DNA of 63,909 nucleotides, filler included, from Lama guanicoe (lineage: Eukaryota): the NCBI GenBank assembly GCA_013239625.1. It is 76 parts of 75 records of this genome, joined end to end, with 100 filler letters (N's around TTAATTAATTAA, not from the genome) between each part and the next. Parts side by side here need not be neighbours in the genome. Positions count along the whole stretch, not along the records: positions 37,215 to 38,011 come from MU053943.1; positions 38,112 to 38,963 come from MU053944.1; positions 39,064 to 39,922 come from PNXV01004657.1; positions 40,023 to 40,997 come from MU053946.1; positions 41,098 to 41,574 come from PNXV01004664.1; positions 41,675 to 42,157 come from PNXV01004672.1; positions 42,258 to 42,817 come from MU053950.1; positions 42,918 to 43,908 come from PNXV01004682.1; 68 more parts are not named here. The stretch is one strand, 5' to 3'. This document shows, in pieces, positions 37,291 to 50,132 of the stretch (position 1 is its first letter; each line of letters begins with the position of its first letter). The position numbers were made by a program, and so were the translations under genes. The notes below the pieces were generated by a model. The model was given only the letters and a program-made list of their open reading frames with translations, was not told the DNA's origin and ran no database searches.

Positions 37291-37625
37291 CAGGTGCTCT
37301 CAAACTTCTTGGCCTACAGACCCCTGTACACTCTTAATTACTGAGGACTCCAAAAGGCTGCTGTTTATGTGGGTTAAATCTATCAATAGTTCCTGTGTTA
37401 GAAGTTAAATAAGAACTTTAAAAAATGCTTATGAGTTCACTTAAAAATAATAACAACCTACTACATGATACCATTAATACTCTTAAGCAAAAAATAAGTA
37501 TATTTTTCTAAACAAAAATCATTTATGAGAGGAATAGAAGTGATTTTAATTTCTGTAAATCTCTTTTGGATTGGTGAGAGATGAATTCTATCTGCCTCTA
37601 CATTACCTGTTTTGTGATATCACAG
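37291..37625 (+). mobile_element. Ancient hAT-type (Charlie/MER class) DNA transposon fragment
   Basis: Starts caggtgctctcaaactt...acccctgtacactcttaa...gtttatgtgggtt, resembling a recalled eutherian hAT MER consensus; subfamily not assigned. Confidence 0.55.
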
Positions 37626-38111
37626 ACCAGGTTTTCCCTGGAAAACCCCACAGGAAACTCGGGAGTGCAAGAGTGTGCAAAAGGCAGGTGACTACCCNNN
37701 NNNNNNNNNNNNNNNNNNNNNNNNNNNNNNNNNNNNNNNNNNNNNNNNNNNNNNNNNNNNNNNNNNNNNNNNNNNNNNNNNNNNNNNNNNNNNNNNNNNN
37801 NNNNNNNNNNNNNNNNNNNNNNNNNNNNNNNNNNNNNNNNNNNNNNNNNNNNNNNNNNNNNNNNNNNNNNNNNNNNNNNNNNNNNNNNNNNNNNNNNNNN
37901 NNNNNNNNNTAATCCCAGAACCAACATTGAGAGGGAGGGCCCATCTACCATCCCTACACCCTGCACAGTCTATTTGGAGTCAAGCCCTAGATAACTGCTA
38001 ATTGACACTGANNNNNNNNNNNNNNNNNNNNNNNNNNNNNNNNNNNNNNNNNNNNTTAATTAATTAANNNNNNNNNNNNNNNNNNNNNNNNNNNNNNNNN
38101 NNNNNNNNNNN

Positions 38112-38963
38112 GCGAGTGCTTCTCCATGGGATTTGGAGGTTATTAACCAAAACCTCACAATATGGGAATACCTGTGCTCCATGAGAAAAGCATGGACTCT
38201 GTATCCCCACCACCAGAACACACATGAAGAAGTTTTCTGCTATCCTGAGTGTGGGCTGGCAATTTCAGGTGACAGAAGCGGCTGGGTTCTAATAGAATCC
38301 CTTAGCTTATAATAGCTGAGTGTTTCCCTAGGACTTACTCTGAGAGAAACCTGGGGGTTGGGCTTTGAGGCCAAATAGTAGCGAGTGTCCCCGATGGACT
38401 GAGGAAGTATTTAGATGAATTCTCCATAAAGGGAAACACCTGAGCACCCATTCANNNNNNNNNNNNNNNNNNNNNNNNNNNNNNNNNNNNNNNNNNNNNN
38501 NNNNNNNNNNNNNNNNNNNNNNNNNNNNNNNNNNNNNNNNNNNNNNNNNNNNNNNNNNNNNNNNNNNNNNNNNNNNNNNNNNNNNNNNNNNNNNNNNNNN
38601 NNNNNNNNNNNNNNNNNNNNNNNNNNNNNNNNNNNNNNNNNNNNNNNNNNNNNNNNNNNNNNNNNNNNNNNNNNNNNNNNNNNNNNNNNNNNNNNNNNNN
38701 NNNNNNNNNNNNNNNNNNNNNNNNNNNNNNNNNNNNNNNNNNNNNNNNNNNNNNNNNNNNNNNNNNNNNNNNNNNNNNNNNNNNNNNNNNNNNNNNNNNN
38801 NNNNNNNNNNNNNNNGACAGCAGCACCTGGGTTTTAATAGAATCCCTTAGCTTGACTTCCCTAAGTGTATTCCTAGGCCTTGCAGTAAGCGATGGTGGGG
38901 GATGTGCTCTAAAGACTAGTATTAGCGAGTGCATCTCTGTGGGTAGTGGAGGGTTTTAAACTA
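38112..38963 (-). repeat. Older diverged subfamily of the 267-bp satellite
   Basis: gacagcagcacctgggttttaatagaatcccttagcttga and tagcgagtg are shared with 31207-32128. Confidence 0.88.
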
Positions 38964-40022
38964 NNNNNNNNNNNNNNNNNNNNNNNNNNNNNNNNNNNNN
39001 NNNNNNNTTAATTAATTAANNNNNNNNNNNNNNNNNNNNNNNNNNNNNNNNNNNNNNNNNNNNGGAATCCATGTGGCACCTGAGGTCTCTGAGAAGATGA
39101 GATCAGATGTCATGAGAAGCACAGAGGGCGAATTTGAGAAGAGTATCCAAAACTGGGTAGTATTTTTATACACTTTAACATGTGGGTTAATGCAAAGGGT
39201 CCAAATCTATAAAGGCTGGAGCATCTTGCACCCCATAAGCTCTCAAAACTAACCGGAAGGATCTCATCCATTGGAGAGAAGTTGTTGGGGGTTGTATAAA
39301 TTAAGAGGAATAGAGAAAAGAGAAAAGAAAAGAAAAATGCAGAAAATACAGAATATACAGAAAAGAGAATGGGGACAGAGCCAGGAGATGACAGAAATTA
39401 TAAGGTAATATTTCTGAGCTCATCACAGAAAATAACAGAAGACAGACAACTACAGCAGAAGAGTTAGAACTCCTATTCTTACCTCTCAGTCTTAGAAAGT
39501 TAATTTAAACCCCATGTATAAATGAGTGACCTAAAGGATCGTGATTAATTCTCACACAGAGCTACTGCACCAAAAGAAAGGGTAAGTTGTAAAATATTGT
39601 CCCTACAATCAATGAGATCACGCAACAAATGTATGCATGTAAAACACATAAATTTCTAACCTAATATTTAAAACAAGCTAAATGCAATCCAAAATATGAA
39701 ATAGTAATACATCAGAATTAGGAAAACTCATAAAATGACAGAATCCAAGAAAGATAAGAAATAAAAGATTATTTCAGAAATAAACACTAAACTAAAAGAA
39801 ACACAAAAAACACAAAAGTGAATGTCTTAAGATTAAAAGGTTAAAAAGAAAGATGATTTAAGCACAAAAAGGAAAATAAAAATATTAAAATAACATAAAT
39901 GAAGATAACTAAAGTGAGTGTANNNNNNNNNNNNNNNNNNNNNNNNNNNNNNNNNNNNNNNNNNNNTTAATTAATTAANNNNNNNNNNNNNNNNNNNNNN
40001 NNNNNNNNNNNNNNNNNNNNNN

Positions 40023-40997
40023 GTTTTCCTCATGTCTCTGTGCCAGGGAATGCTAGTGGTGGTTGCAGGAATTCCCAGTTGCAGAGGCTGCCACCCCAAG
40101 TTCAGGGAATTTATTTCTCGGACTTCCCCGAGCAAGGAACACCTGTGACTGAAGAGAGCTGCGTGGAGTTGTCTCTCGAGCTCCCCCACTCAATGACAAT
40201 GGTTCCGGAATCCTGAGCGTGGGGAGGTTCCACCAACGTTCGGCAGCGCGTGGGTTCTAACGGNNNNNNNNNNNNNNNNNNNNNNNNNNNNNNNNNNNNN
40301 NNNNNNNNNNNNNNNNNNNNNNNNNNNNNNNNNNNNNNNNNNNNNNNNNNNNNNNNNNNNNNNNNNNNNNNNNNNNNNNNNNNNNNNNNNNNNNNNNNNN
40401 NNNNNNNNNNNNNNNNNNNNNNNNNNNNNNNNNNNNNNNNNNNNNNNNNNNNNNNNNNNNNNNNNNAATCCTGATCATGGGGAGGTTCCACCAACGGTCG
40501 GCAGCACGTGGGTTCAAGCGGAATGCCTGTGCTCATCTCCCCTAAGTGTTTTCCTCATGTCTCTGTGCCAGGGAATGCTAGGGGGGGTTGCAGGAAATCC
40601 CAGAGACAGAGGCTGCCTCCCTAAATTCAGGGTAGTTTCTTCTCAGACTTCCCTGATCAGGGAACTCCTGTGACTGAAGAGAGCTGTGTGGAGTTTTCTC
40701 TCACGCTCCCCCACTCAATGACAATGGTTCCGGAATGCTGAGCGTGGGGAGTTTCCACCAACGGTCGGCAGCACGTGGGTTCTAACGGAATGCCTGTGCT
40801 CGTCTCCCCTGAGGGTTTTCCTCATGTCTCTGTGCCAGGGAATGCTAGGGCGGGTTGCAGGAAATCCCAGTGACAGAGGCTACCTTCCCAAGCTCAGGGA
40901 AGTAATTTCTCGGACTTCCCCGAGCAGGGAACACCTGTACCTGAAGAAAGCTGCGTGGAGTTTTCTCTACAGCTCCCCCACTCAATGACAATGGTTC
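40023..40997 (-). repeat. 267-bp GC-rich satellite
   Basis: ccaacggtcggcagcacgtggg occurs at 40491 and 40758 (267 bp apart). Confidence 0.95.
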
Positions 40998-42257
40998 NNN
41001 NNNNNNNNNNNNNNNNNNNNNNNNNNNNNNNNNNNNNNNNNTTAATTAATTAANNNNNNNNNNNNNNNNNNNNNNNNNNNNNNNNNNNNNNNNNNNNCTG
41101 GGAAACCCCGATCCTCCCAAGGGCCGGGGGCGCCCACGCCTGGACCAGCTTATTTTCTGCGCACATTTGGTTTTGTCTGGATTTGGGCAAAGCTCATACT
41201 TGGCTTTATTATGGGGAATGCAAGGTGACTTTCAGAGTCTGGGAGGGAGCTACTGGTGGTAGAGAAACCCCTGTAAAAAGTCGTCCGCCCGTTGACAACT
41301 GTATTTCTATGTGATCAGCAACAGATTTACCAAGTGACGCGGACTCGTGTGTTCTGTTTATGACTAGCCATGCTGGTCTCAGGAAGGCCTGCCGAGATCC
41401 AACTTGTCTCCTGTGCTGATAACCAGCACTCCTACCCTCTTCCTTCTCAGCATCATTATTTCTAAACCTGCACACGCATCCATCAGAGATATTTTATTAT
41501 TTTGATACAGTCCATTAGACTTTCGTGCCATACTGAAATGTCACTGAGTTATAAGATTTTTTAAATGCATTTTTNNNNNNNNNNNNNNNNNNNNNNNNNN
41601 NNNNNNNNNNNNNNNNNNTTAATTAATTAANNNNNNNNNNNNNNNNNNNNNNNNNNNNNNNNNNNNNNNNNNNNAGGGTTTGTGGGAGATGCTCACTGGC
41701 TGTGAAATAAATAAGTGGCTTAGAAGAAGCCCAGCCATTCCAACTACTAAGGCTTAGGAGAATAGTTTAGTATCTTCCAAAATCAGAGTATTGCATCTTT
41801 TCTTTTTCAGAGTTTTATGTATAGTTGGTTTAAATGCTATACCTGGAAATTTCTCCAAAACTTCTGCCCACGTGAGTCCCATGACTCGGGAATGGGGTGG
41901 TTCTGCTCATTGACGGGTGTTGGCCACCAGAAACGGAAAATGACAGCCTCAAAGGAGCCTGGGATTAATCAGTTATGTTTTGTAAGTGCTGTAGATTTCA
42001 GAAAATGCTTTTACCATATTTCTCCGCCTGAGGCGGCAGCGTGCTCTCTTCCGAGCATCAGGAGCTCAGGGACACGGGATGGTGGGGGCTGACTGCACTG
42101 TCGTAAACACAGCTGTGCTAGTCACTGCAGGTGTGGTGCTTTCACGTAGTGCATTTCNNNNNNNNNNNNNNNNNNNNNNNNNNNNNNNNNNNNNNNNNNN
42201 NTTAATTAATTAANNNNNNNNNNNNNNNNNNNNNNNNNNNNNNNNNNNNNNNNNNNN

Positions 42258-42657
42258 CGTTGGACGTCGTCCTGGGAAAGGTGAGCTTCCTGTTTTCCCG
42301 GAAGCCATTCCCGCCCTCATCTCCAGACTGTGTGTCCTGTGACGGGTCTGGCATGTCGTTCGCTTTCAAATTCAGTCTCCCCAGGGGCCAGTGGGCTGCT
42401 TGTCCCTGGAGCCCGTCACCTTGGCTGGTGCCTGCAGAAGCCATGAGGGAGTGCTCAGAAGCCGAGGACCGCAGACTTTGGCTGTGGGTTTGTCGAGATA
42501 GCGTGCGGAGGGTGAGCCCTCGCTCCACACTGGCTTCTCCTGGCTCTGCTGACTCCTTCCTGCCGACCTGCACCTGGGGTTGCTCCTGGGTCACTGAGGC
42601 AGAGTCCTGTGTCGTCACTCGTTTGACTTGTTTCCTTGCTGAGGCCAGGTGATTCTC
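42258..42657 (-). CDS. Candidate large coding exon (disordered S/Q/G/E/R-rich region), gene unidentified
   Basis: After a CAG at 42660-42658, a 133-codon frame stays open to the scaffold end (ENHLASARKQVKRVTTQDSASVTQEQPQ...ENRKLTFPRTTSN). The opposite-strand ORF is W/C-rich, as expected for an antisense shadow. The pyrimidine tract is weak. Confidence 0.5.
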
Positions 42658-42917
42658 CTGTTTAGCATGCCCATTGAAATGCTCGTAACTGAGAAAGGGC
42701 AAAGCCCTCCCTCCAGCATTGACCTGTGTGCTATGTGCAGCTTTGAGTCTAGCTGTTTGGTGTGGGGTAAATGTCAGCACCCGTGACCCTCTGTTCTCGG
42801 GACGGAGATGTGCCTGGNNNNNNNNNNNNNNNNNNNNNNNNNNNNNNNNNNNNNNNNNNNNTTAATTAATTAANNNNNNNNNNNNNNNNNNNNNNNNNNN
42901 NNNNNNNNNNNNNNNNN

Positions 42918-43908
42918 GCATTTCGTATTATATATTCTATATTCTGTGTGCTACTTTCTATATTCTTAATTCTATATGCAGTATTCTGTATTCTCTATTC
43001 TAAATTCTGTGTTCTGCGTTCCATTTCTTAATTATTGGTTCTGTATTCTGTTTTCCATATTCTATATTCTGTGTGCTACTTTCTATATTCTTAATTCTAT
43101 ATGCAGTATTCTGTATTCTCTATTCTAAATTCTGTGTTCTGCGTTCCATTTCTTAATTATTGGTTCTGTATTCTGTTTTCCATATTCTATATTCTGTGTG
43201 CTACATTCTATATTCTGTATTCTATATTCTAAATTCTGTGTTCTGCATTCCATGTTCGAAATTCTGTGTTCTATATCCTCTATTCTTTATTCTATATGCT
43301 TTTTTCTATATTTTATAGTCTAAACAATATATTCAGCATTCTTTATTCTATATTATAAATTCTGTGTTCTGCATTACATGTTCTAAATTCTGGGTTCTAT
43401 ATTCACTTTTCCATATTTTATATTCTGTGTTCTACATTCTATATTCTGTATTCTATATTCTACATTCCGTACTCTACTTTATATATTCTGTGCTCGACCT
43501 TCTATTTTCTAAATTCTATATTCAGTAGTCTGTATTATATATTCTAAATTCTGTGTTCTGCATTCCATGTTCTAAATTCTGGGTTCAATATTCTTTATTC
43601 TCTCTTCTATATTCTGTGTTCCTCATAGTCTTCTATATTCTGTGTTCCTCATTCTATATTTTAAATTCTATATTCAGCATTCTGTATTCTATATTCTAAA
43701 TCCTGTGTTCTGCATTCCATGTTCTAAATTCTATATTCAGTATTCTGTATTCTATATTCTATATTCTGTGTTCTGCATTTAATATTGTAAATTGTGAGTT
43801 TTGTATTCTGTTTTCAATAATTTATTTTCTGTTTTCTACATTCTATATTCTGTATGCTGTATTCTGCATTCCGTATTCTATGGTCTTTATTCTGTGTTCT
43901 ACATAATA
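42918..43908 (-). repeat. AT-rich heptamer satellite
   Basis: 7-mer variants with a near-exact 125-bp tandem duplication (tattcttaattctatatgcag at 42961 and 43086). Confidence 0.95.
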
Positions 43909-45048
43909 NNNNNNNNNNNNNNNNNNNNNNNNNNNNNNNNNNNNNNNNNNNNTTAATTAATTAANNNNNNNNNNNNNNNNNNNNNNNNNNNNNNNNNNNN
44001 NNNNNNNNAATAGTTTTCAAACACCAGCCAACTTTTGTACCTTTGCCAATAGTCTAGCTTTTCTCAGGTAGAAATCTACAGATGGACAAACAAACAATAT
44101 TTTTCTTTAGGATTTCTACTTTTGAAAGTAAACTGTTGCTTTAGACTTAACATTATTGAACCTTGTTAAGATGATCATCGTAAGACCCGCTCTCTGATAA
44201 GAGAGATGGAAACTAGCTGTTGAACCAGCCCATTTTTACCCCAGACTGCTAATGTAAACAACAATATAGCCACCATCAGTGTTCAGCTGACAAACTTAAA
44301 AGGTTGATTTTTCTGTTGTAGGAAGAACCAATGCTGTCCAGACACAGTTCTCCATCTGCAAGTGGTCTCTATTCTTCTCTTGGTAAAGGTCATATTGTTG
44401 GGATGTTTCTAGAGTTCACCCTGGCCCATGTGCCCATTCTCCAGATTATCAAATGCTTTCATCAAAACTGGTAACAAATTTTCAGTGCTCAATTCTGCCA
44501 TTCCAGTCTTATCAGCTGACACTGGCTACATCATTGTGAGCAGTAGCCTTAGGCTCCCTGACCTTGCCTACAATTTTTCCAACATTTAAGGGTATTTCAC
44601 ACTATGAAAATGCTTCACCTTTTATTTTAAATTAATGGGAAACTGTCAAAGACGTCCATGAATATTTTATATTTCCTAATATCTGTATAAATTCAGTATT
44701 CTTGCAGTTGGACAAATTTTTAATTCTACCACCCTCACCTCCTTCTAGTCCACACATCTTAGATTACATTTAGGATACTGAACACCATCACCCCAACCAA
44801 GGGTCTAGTACCTTCTAGATACTTTCTGCATGAAGGTTAGAAGGGGCACAATTTATGTGGGGTGTTAAAACCTACATTAAATCTTTGCAATGTCACTGCC
44901 TCTTGTGGACAAAGCTCTGATTCTAAGAAGTAAATTAATTAGAAGGCANNNNNNNNNNNNNNNNNNNNNNNNNNNNNNNNNNNNNNNNNNNNTTAATTAA
45001 TTAANNNNNNNNNNNNNNNNNNNNNNNNNNNNNNNNNNNNNNNNNNNN

Positions 45049-45500
45049 AATTCTATATTCAGTATTCTGTATTCTACATTCTAAATTCTTTGTTCTGCAT
45101 TGCATGTTCAAAATTCTGGGTTCAGTATTCTTTATTCTATATTCTATATTCTGTGTTCTACATTCTATTTTCTAAATTCTATATTCAGCATTCTGTATTC
45201 TATATTCTAAATTCGGTGTTCTGCTTTCCATGTTCTAAATTCTGGCTTCTCTATTCTCTATTCTATATTGTATATTTTGTGTTTTAATTATATATTCTAC
45301 ATTCTATATTCTGCATTCCGTATTACTTTATACTGTGTTCTACATTCTATATTCTATATTCTATATTCAGTATTCTGTATTCTATATTCTAAATTCTGTG
45401 TTCTGCATTCCATGTTCAAATTTCTCGGTTCACTATTTTTATTCTATATTTTATGTTCTGTTTTCTACATTCTATATTCTAAATACTATATTCAGCTTTC
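45049..45500 (-). repeat. AT-rich heptamer satellite
   Basis: 7-mer variants. Confidence 0.95.
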
Positions 45501-45600
45501 NNNNNNNNNNNNNNNNNNNNNNNNNNNNNNNNNNNNNNNNNNNNTTAATTAATTAANNNNNNNNNNNNNNNNNNNNNNNNNNNNNNNNNNNNNNNNNNNN

Positions 45601-46414
45601 CAGAACCCAGAATATAGAACATGGAATGCAGAACACAGAATTTAGAAAAGAGAACACAGAAATCTGAATATAGAATTTAGAATATAGAATGTACAACCCA
45701 CAATATAGAATATGGAATAGAGAATATAGAACCCAGAATTTAGAACATGGAATGCAGAACACAGAATTTAGAATATAGAATACAGAATACTGAATATAGA
45801 ATTTAGAACATGGAAAGCAGAACACAGAATAAATATGAATTTAGAATATAGAATACCGAAAGCTGAATATAGACTATGAATATACAATGTAGAACACAGA
45901 ATATAGAATGTAGAATACGGAATGCAGAATATACAATACAGAATATAGAATGAAAAACACAGAGTATAGAATATAGAATACGGAATACTGAATATACAAT
46001 TTAATATATAGAATGTAGAACACACAATATAGAATATAGAATACGGATTGCAGAATATAGAATACAGAACATAGAATGTAGAACACAGAATATAGAATAT
46101 AGAATACGGAATGCAGAATATACAATACAGAATATAGAATGAAAAACACAGAGTATAGAATATAGAATACGGAATACTGAATATACAATTTAATATATAG
46201 AATGTAGAACACACAATATAGAATATAGAATACGGATTGCAGAATATAGAATACAGAACATAGAATGTAGAACACAGAATATAGAAAATATAATAGAGAA
46301 TATAGAAACCAGAATTTAGAACATGGAATGCAGAAATATGAATTTAGAATATAGAATACCGAAAGCTGAATATAGACTATGAATATACAATGTAGAACAC
46401 AGAATATAGAATAT
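45601..46414 (+). repeat. AT-rich heptamer satellite
   Basis: 7-mer variants with a near-exact 189-bp (27x7) tandem duplication (tgaaaaacac at 45951 and 46140). Confidence 0.95.
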
Positions 46415-46514
46415 NNNNNNNNNNNNNNNNNNNNNNNNNNNNNNNNNNNNNNNNNNNNTTAATTAATTAANNNNNNNNNNNNNNNNNNNNNNNNNNNNNN
46501 NNNNNNNNNNNNNN

Positions 46515-46998
46515 TAGAACACAGAATATAGAATATAGAAAAAGGAATGCAGAATACTGAATACAGAATACAGAATATTGAACACACAATATATAATATA
46601 CAATAGAGTATATAGAACCCAAAATTTAGAACATGGAATGCAGAACACTGAATTTAAAATATAGAATGTAGAAAACAGAATGTAGAATACGGAATGCAGA
46701 ATATATAATACAGAATATAGAATGCAGAGCAAAGAATATAGAATATGGAAAACAGAATACAGAAGTCAGAATTATAATATTGAATGCAGAACACAGAATT
46801 TACAATATACTATACAGAATAATCAGTATAGAATTTAGAACATGGAATGCAGAACACAGAATTTAGAATATATAATAAAATTACTGAATATAGAATTTAG
46901 AATATAGAATGTACAACACAGAGTTTAGAATATAGATTATAGAATACTTAATATACAATTTAAAATATAGAATGTAGAACACAGAATATAGAATATAG
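46515..46998 (+). repeat. AT-rich heptamer satellite
   Basis: 7-mer variants. Confidence 0.95.
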
Positions 46999-49248
46999 NN
47001 NNNNNNNNNNNNNNNNNNNNNNNNNNNNNNNNNNNNNNNNNNTTAATTAATTAANNNNNNNNNNNNNNNNNNNNNNNNNNNNNNNNNNNNNNNNNNNNCA
47101 TAATCTACAAAAAGTTAGCTTGTTTAGCATAAGAGTTAAACAGAGGGCTTTGACACACACTGTTGGGGGTTGAAGCTGATCTTCTTGGCAAATTATGTAG
47201 CCTCTCTGTGCCTTAGTTGCATCTTCTGTGACTGCCCCCTGCCCCCTCATCACAGCTGATTTTCTAGACTAGATATTGGGTGGGAGGCTGCTGAAGTGAG
47301 TAAGAATAGGTAACTGCTAGGGATACTGAAGAGAGAGACAAAAACAGATTAAAGCTGATAAACTGAGTACAAATACCCACAAAAAAAGAAAAAATCCCGC
47401 AGTGCTTTGAGCCACTTACCATAAGGGAAACAAAACCCCGTGGACACAAAGCTCTTGAGCATGTGAGTATTGTGGGTGGGAGGGTTTCATCAGAAAAGTG
47501 TTGAGAAAAAATGACTTTTGGTTTCCCTTGACGTTTCCAGTAAGGATGGGGAGTAGAAGCAAAAACCCCCGGTTCACAGTAGAAGGTGCTGTTTTTTGCA
47601 AAACTGACCAAAGTTTGGAGACCATTCATCAACGGTGCTGGCAAATGAAGAGGCTTCTGGATTGGGTGGGGCACTTGCTGTGACTTCCAGGTGACCTGCT
47701 GGCTGGGGGCTGTGAGGCGGGCAGTAGGTTTATAGGGTGGCCCGGGCATAATCCCTGGGTCTGAGGCTGCTGGTCTGATTAGCAGACCTGGGCACCCGCA
47801 GTCCTAATGGGGCAGCTCGGGATGTGCCCTGGGACACCTGCCCTGCTAAGGGCGAGAAGAGGGCTCCCCTGAGGGGGTGTCCCTGCGGAGAGTGGAAACG
47901 TCCTTCTGCAGGGGAAGAAGAGCCTCTGAGCAGGGGGCCGGATGCACAGGCAAGACCAGCCTGAGCACGGAGGTTTTGGGAAGCCAGAAGTCATACAGTC
48001 GCCTGAGCAGCCTTGTTCCTGCCATAATGGAGGGAAAAGGTGCCGAAAAGTCAGGCTAGGGTCAGACACTGTGGTGGGTTATGAGTGACAGGNNNNNNNN
48101 NNNNNNNNNNNNNNNNNNNNNNNNNNNNNNNNNNNNTTAATTAATTAANNNNNNNNNNNNNNNNNNNNNNNNNNNNNNNNNNNNNNNNNNNNCTGTCAAT
48201 AAGGGCCACTAGAGAAAAACAAGTAACATCATTAGCACTGGATAGACTTTCAAAGCCCACTTCTCTTTTGCACTATAATTATTTTTAATGTTTGGTTTTC
48301 AGTGCTTACAGAGCAATAAAATAAAAAAAATCAACTTTTCATATAATTACCTGAGAATTAAACATTTGTGAAAATGTACAATTTTAATTTATGCCACTCT
48401 GTCTCACATTCTCAATGGTGTCTCTCCTTTGAAGGCCTCATCAGGCTGACATCACTAAAATCGGCCATTTATGGAGCCACAGGAGTAAGGGTAACCACTT
48501 AATGGGAGGCTCATTAGAGGAGCAGTTGAGAATGCATAGTGTGCAGCCTGGATTCCAGCACCGAGCTAGCCACCGCCAGCTGCGCGTGATTCGCGACAAG
48601 CTGCTCCATCTCTCAATCCCTCAGCTGCAAAAAAGGAGACACTGATACCTACCGTCAAACACCTGCTATGAAGTAAAACACGAGGAAAGCATTTTAGACT
48701 TAGGTAGGTGTCCACTCAACAGAGCGAGTTTGGTCATTATGATGATGAGGATGGCTGTTAGTAAATTAAGCTAGGCCAAAAAGGAGAAATCACCTTAAAG
48801 GAGAAACATTTTAAGTCAATGAGCATTTCTTTTTGGATGGATTGCAGAATATTCTATTGATTTTTTTAATAAAACAAGTTTTGTCCATTAATTATAGATA
48901 TACAGGTTCATGACAAGTCTCCAGATAAAGAATTAGAGGCCTCTAACCTNNNNNNNNNNNNNNNNNNNNNNNNNNNNNNNNNNNNNNNNNNNNTTAATTA
49001 ATTAANNNNNNNNNNNNNNNNNNNNNNNNNNNNNNNNNNNNNNNNNNNNACTTTTTAAATTTGATGAATATACTATTTAAATGTATATTTTCCAAATTCC
49101 AAACTTCAAAATATTGTTAGCAATGCTTATATTTTGATGTTATTATCTTTGCATAGTAAACGTGGAAACTGAGGTTTTATAGGTTAGGCTTATTGTAGCC
49201 TTGTATTTTGGTTTAAAATATTAATAAAAGTTTCTTCTTTGGTTGTAG

Positions 49249-49809
49249 CTGTAGTTCTATCATAATCCAAATGTTAAACGAGGCTGTCCCCAGCTTTNNN
49301 NNNNNNNNNNNNNNNNNNNNNNNNNNNNNNNNNNNNNNNNNNNNNNNNNNNNNNNNNNNNNNNNNNNNNNNNNNNNNNNNNNNNNNNNNNATCGGGTAAT
49401 GTGGATAATAATAATTCTCGTTTTCTGGCTGAAGCTTGCGGAGAAAGTGCATTTTTACCTTCTGCAAATTTAAACATGCCTCTTATAAGAAAGCCCTCTA
49501 CTTGCCACATAATTGGTGATACAACTAACCCGATCAGAGGTGATTTTTCTCCTCCATCATCAATGTCATTTAGACCACCAGAACAAATTGCAGTGGATCA
49601 ACGTGTTGTTTTAAATCAGTTGACCACTGTCCCCGGGCACTCTCAAAGCAGCTACAATAAAACAAATGATGGTGTTGTGAACTCCAATCCAACTACACAT
49701 TCTACTTCTCAGTACATCATCTTCTCTCCCATACAGAGCAATTATTTTGGACTGATGGTAGAGACTTCTACTTTTCCAAATATTTATCACAACATATCCG
49801 CCAATGAAG
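49249..49809 (+). pseudogene. HSFY: HSFY (heat shock transcription factor, Y-linked) exon 2, partial, with an in-frame TAG
   Basis: Acceptor tttcttctttggttgtag then L*FYHNPNVKRGCPQL, the end of the HSF DNA-binding domain (recalled HSFY LKFYYNPNFKRGYPQLL). After the gap, SGNVDNNNSRFLAEACGESAFLPSANLNMPLIRK...EQIAVDQRVVLNQLTT...TSQYIIFSPIQSNYFGLMVE matches recalled HSFY NLNMPLTRE, EQIATDQHAILNQLTT and TSQYHIISPLQNGYFGLTVE. Confidence 0.9.
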
Positions 49810-49909
49810 NNNNNNNNNNNNNNNNNNNNNNNNNNNNNNNNNNNNNNNNNNNNTTAATTAATTAANNNNNNNNNNNNNNNNNNNNNNNNNNNNNNNNNNN
49901 NNNNNNNNN

Positions 49910-50132
49910 TTGGGTTGTGTTTTGTTTCCAGCCTTGGGAAAAATGGATAAGGCTGCTGATCAAATCACTTCAGGAGCAGCTTCCATCGTGTAGAACCCCT
50001 CTCTCTTCCTTTCCTCCACCTCCTGGAATGTTCTGACACAATTAATCAGTCCAGCCTTCTAAATTGAGCAAATGGAGCTCAATCAATCTGTTTTTAGACA
50101 GAGTTAAGAAATAGACATTAAAAAGCATAACT
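49910..50132 (+). repeat. Multicopy segment, paralogue of 22084-22303
   Basis: Direct colinear match. Confidence 0.9.

Noticed and set aside
45768..46275. YILYSVF-repeat and NIEYRIQ-repeat 'proteins'
   Set aside because: They are translations of the heptamer satellite.
47264..47749. 161-aa minus-strand ORF with an internal ATG|GTAAGT donor
   Set aside because: There is no recognisable homology, a stop lies shortly upstream, and an ORF of this length is plausible by chance in GC-rich DNA.
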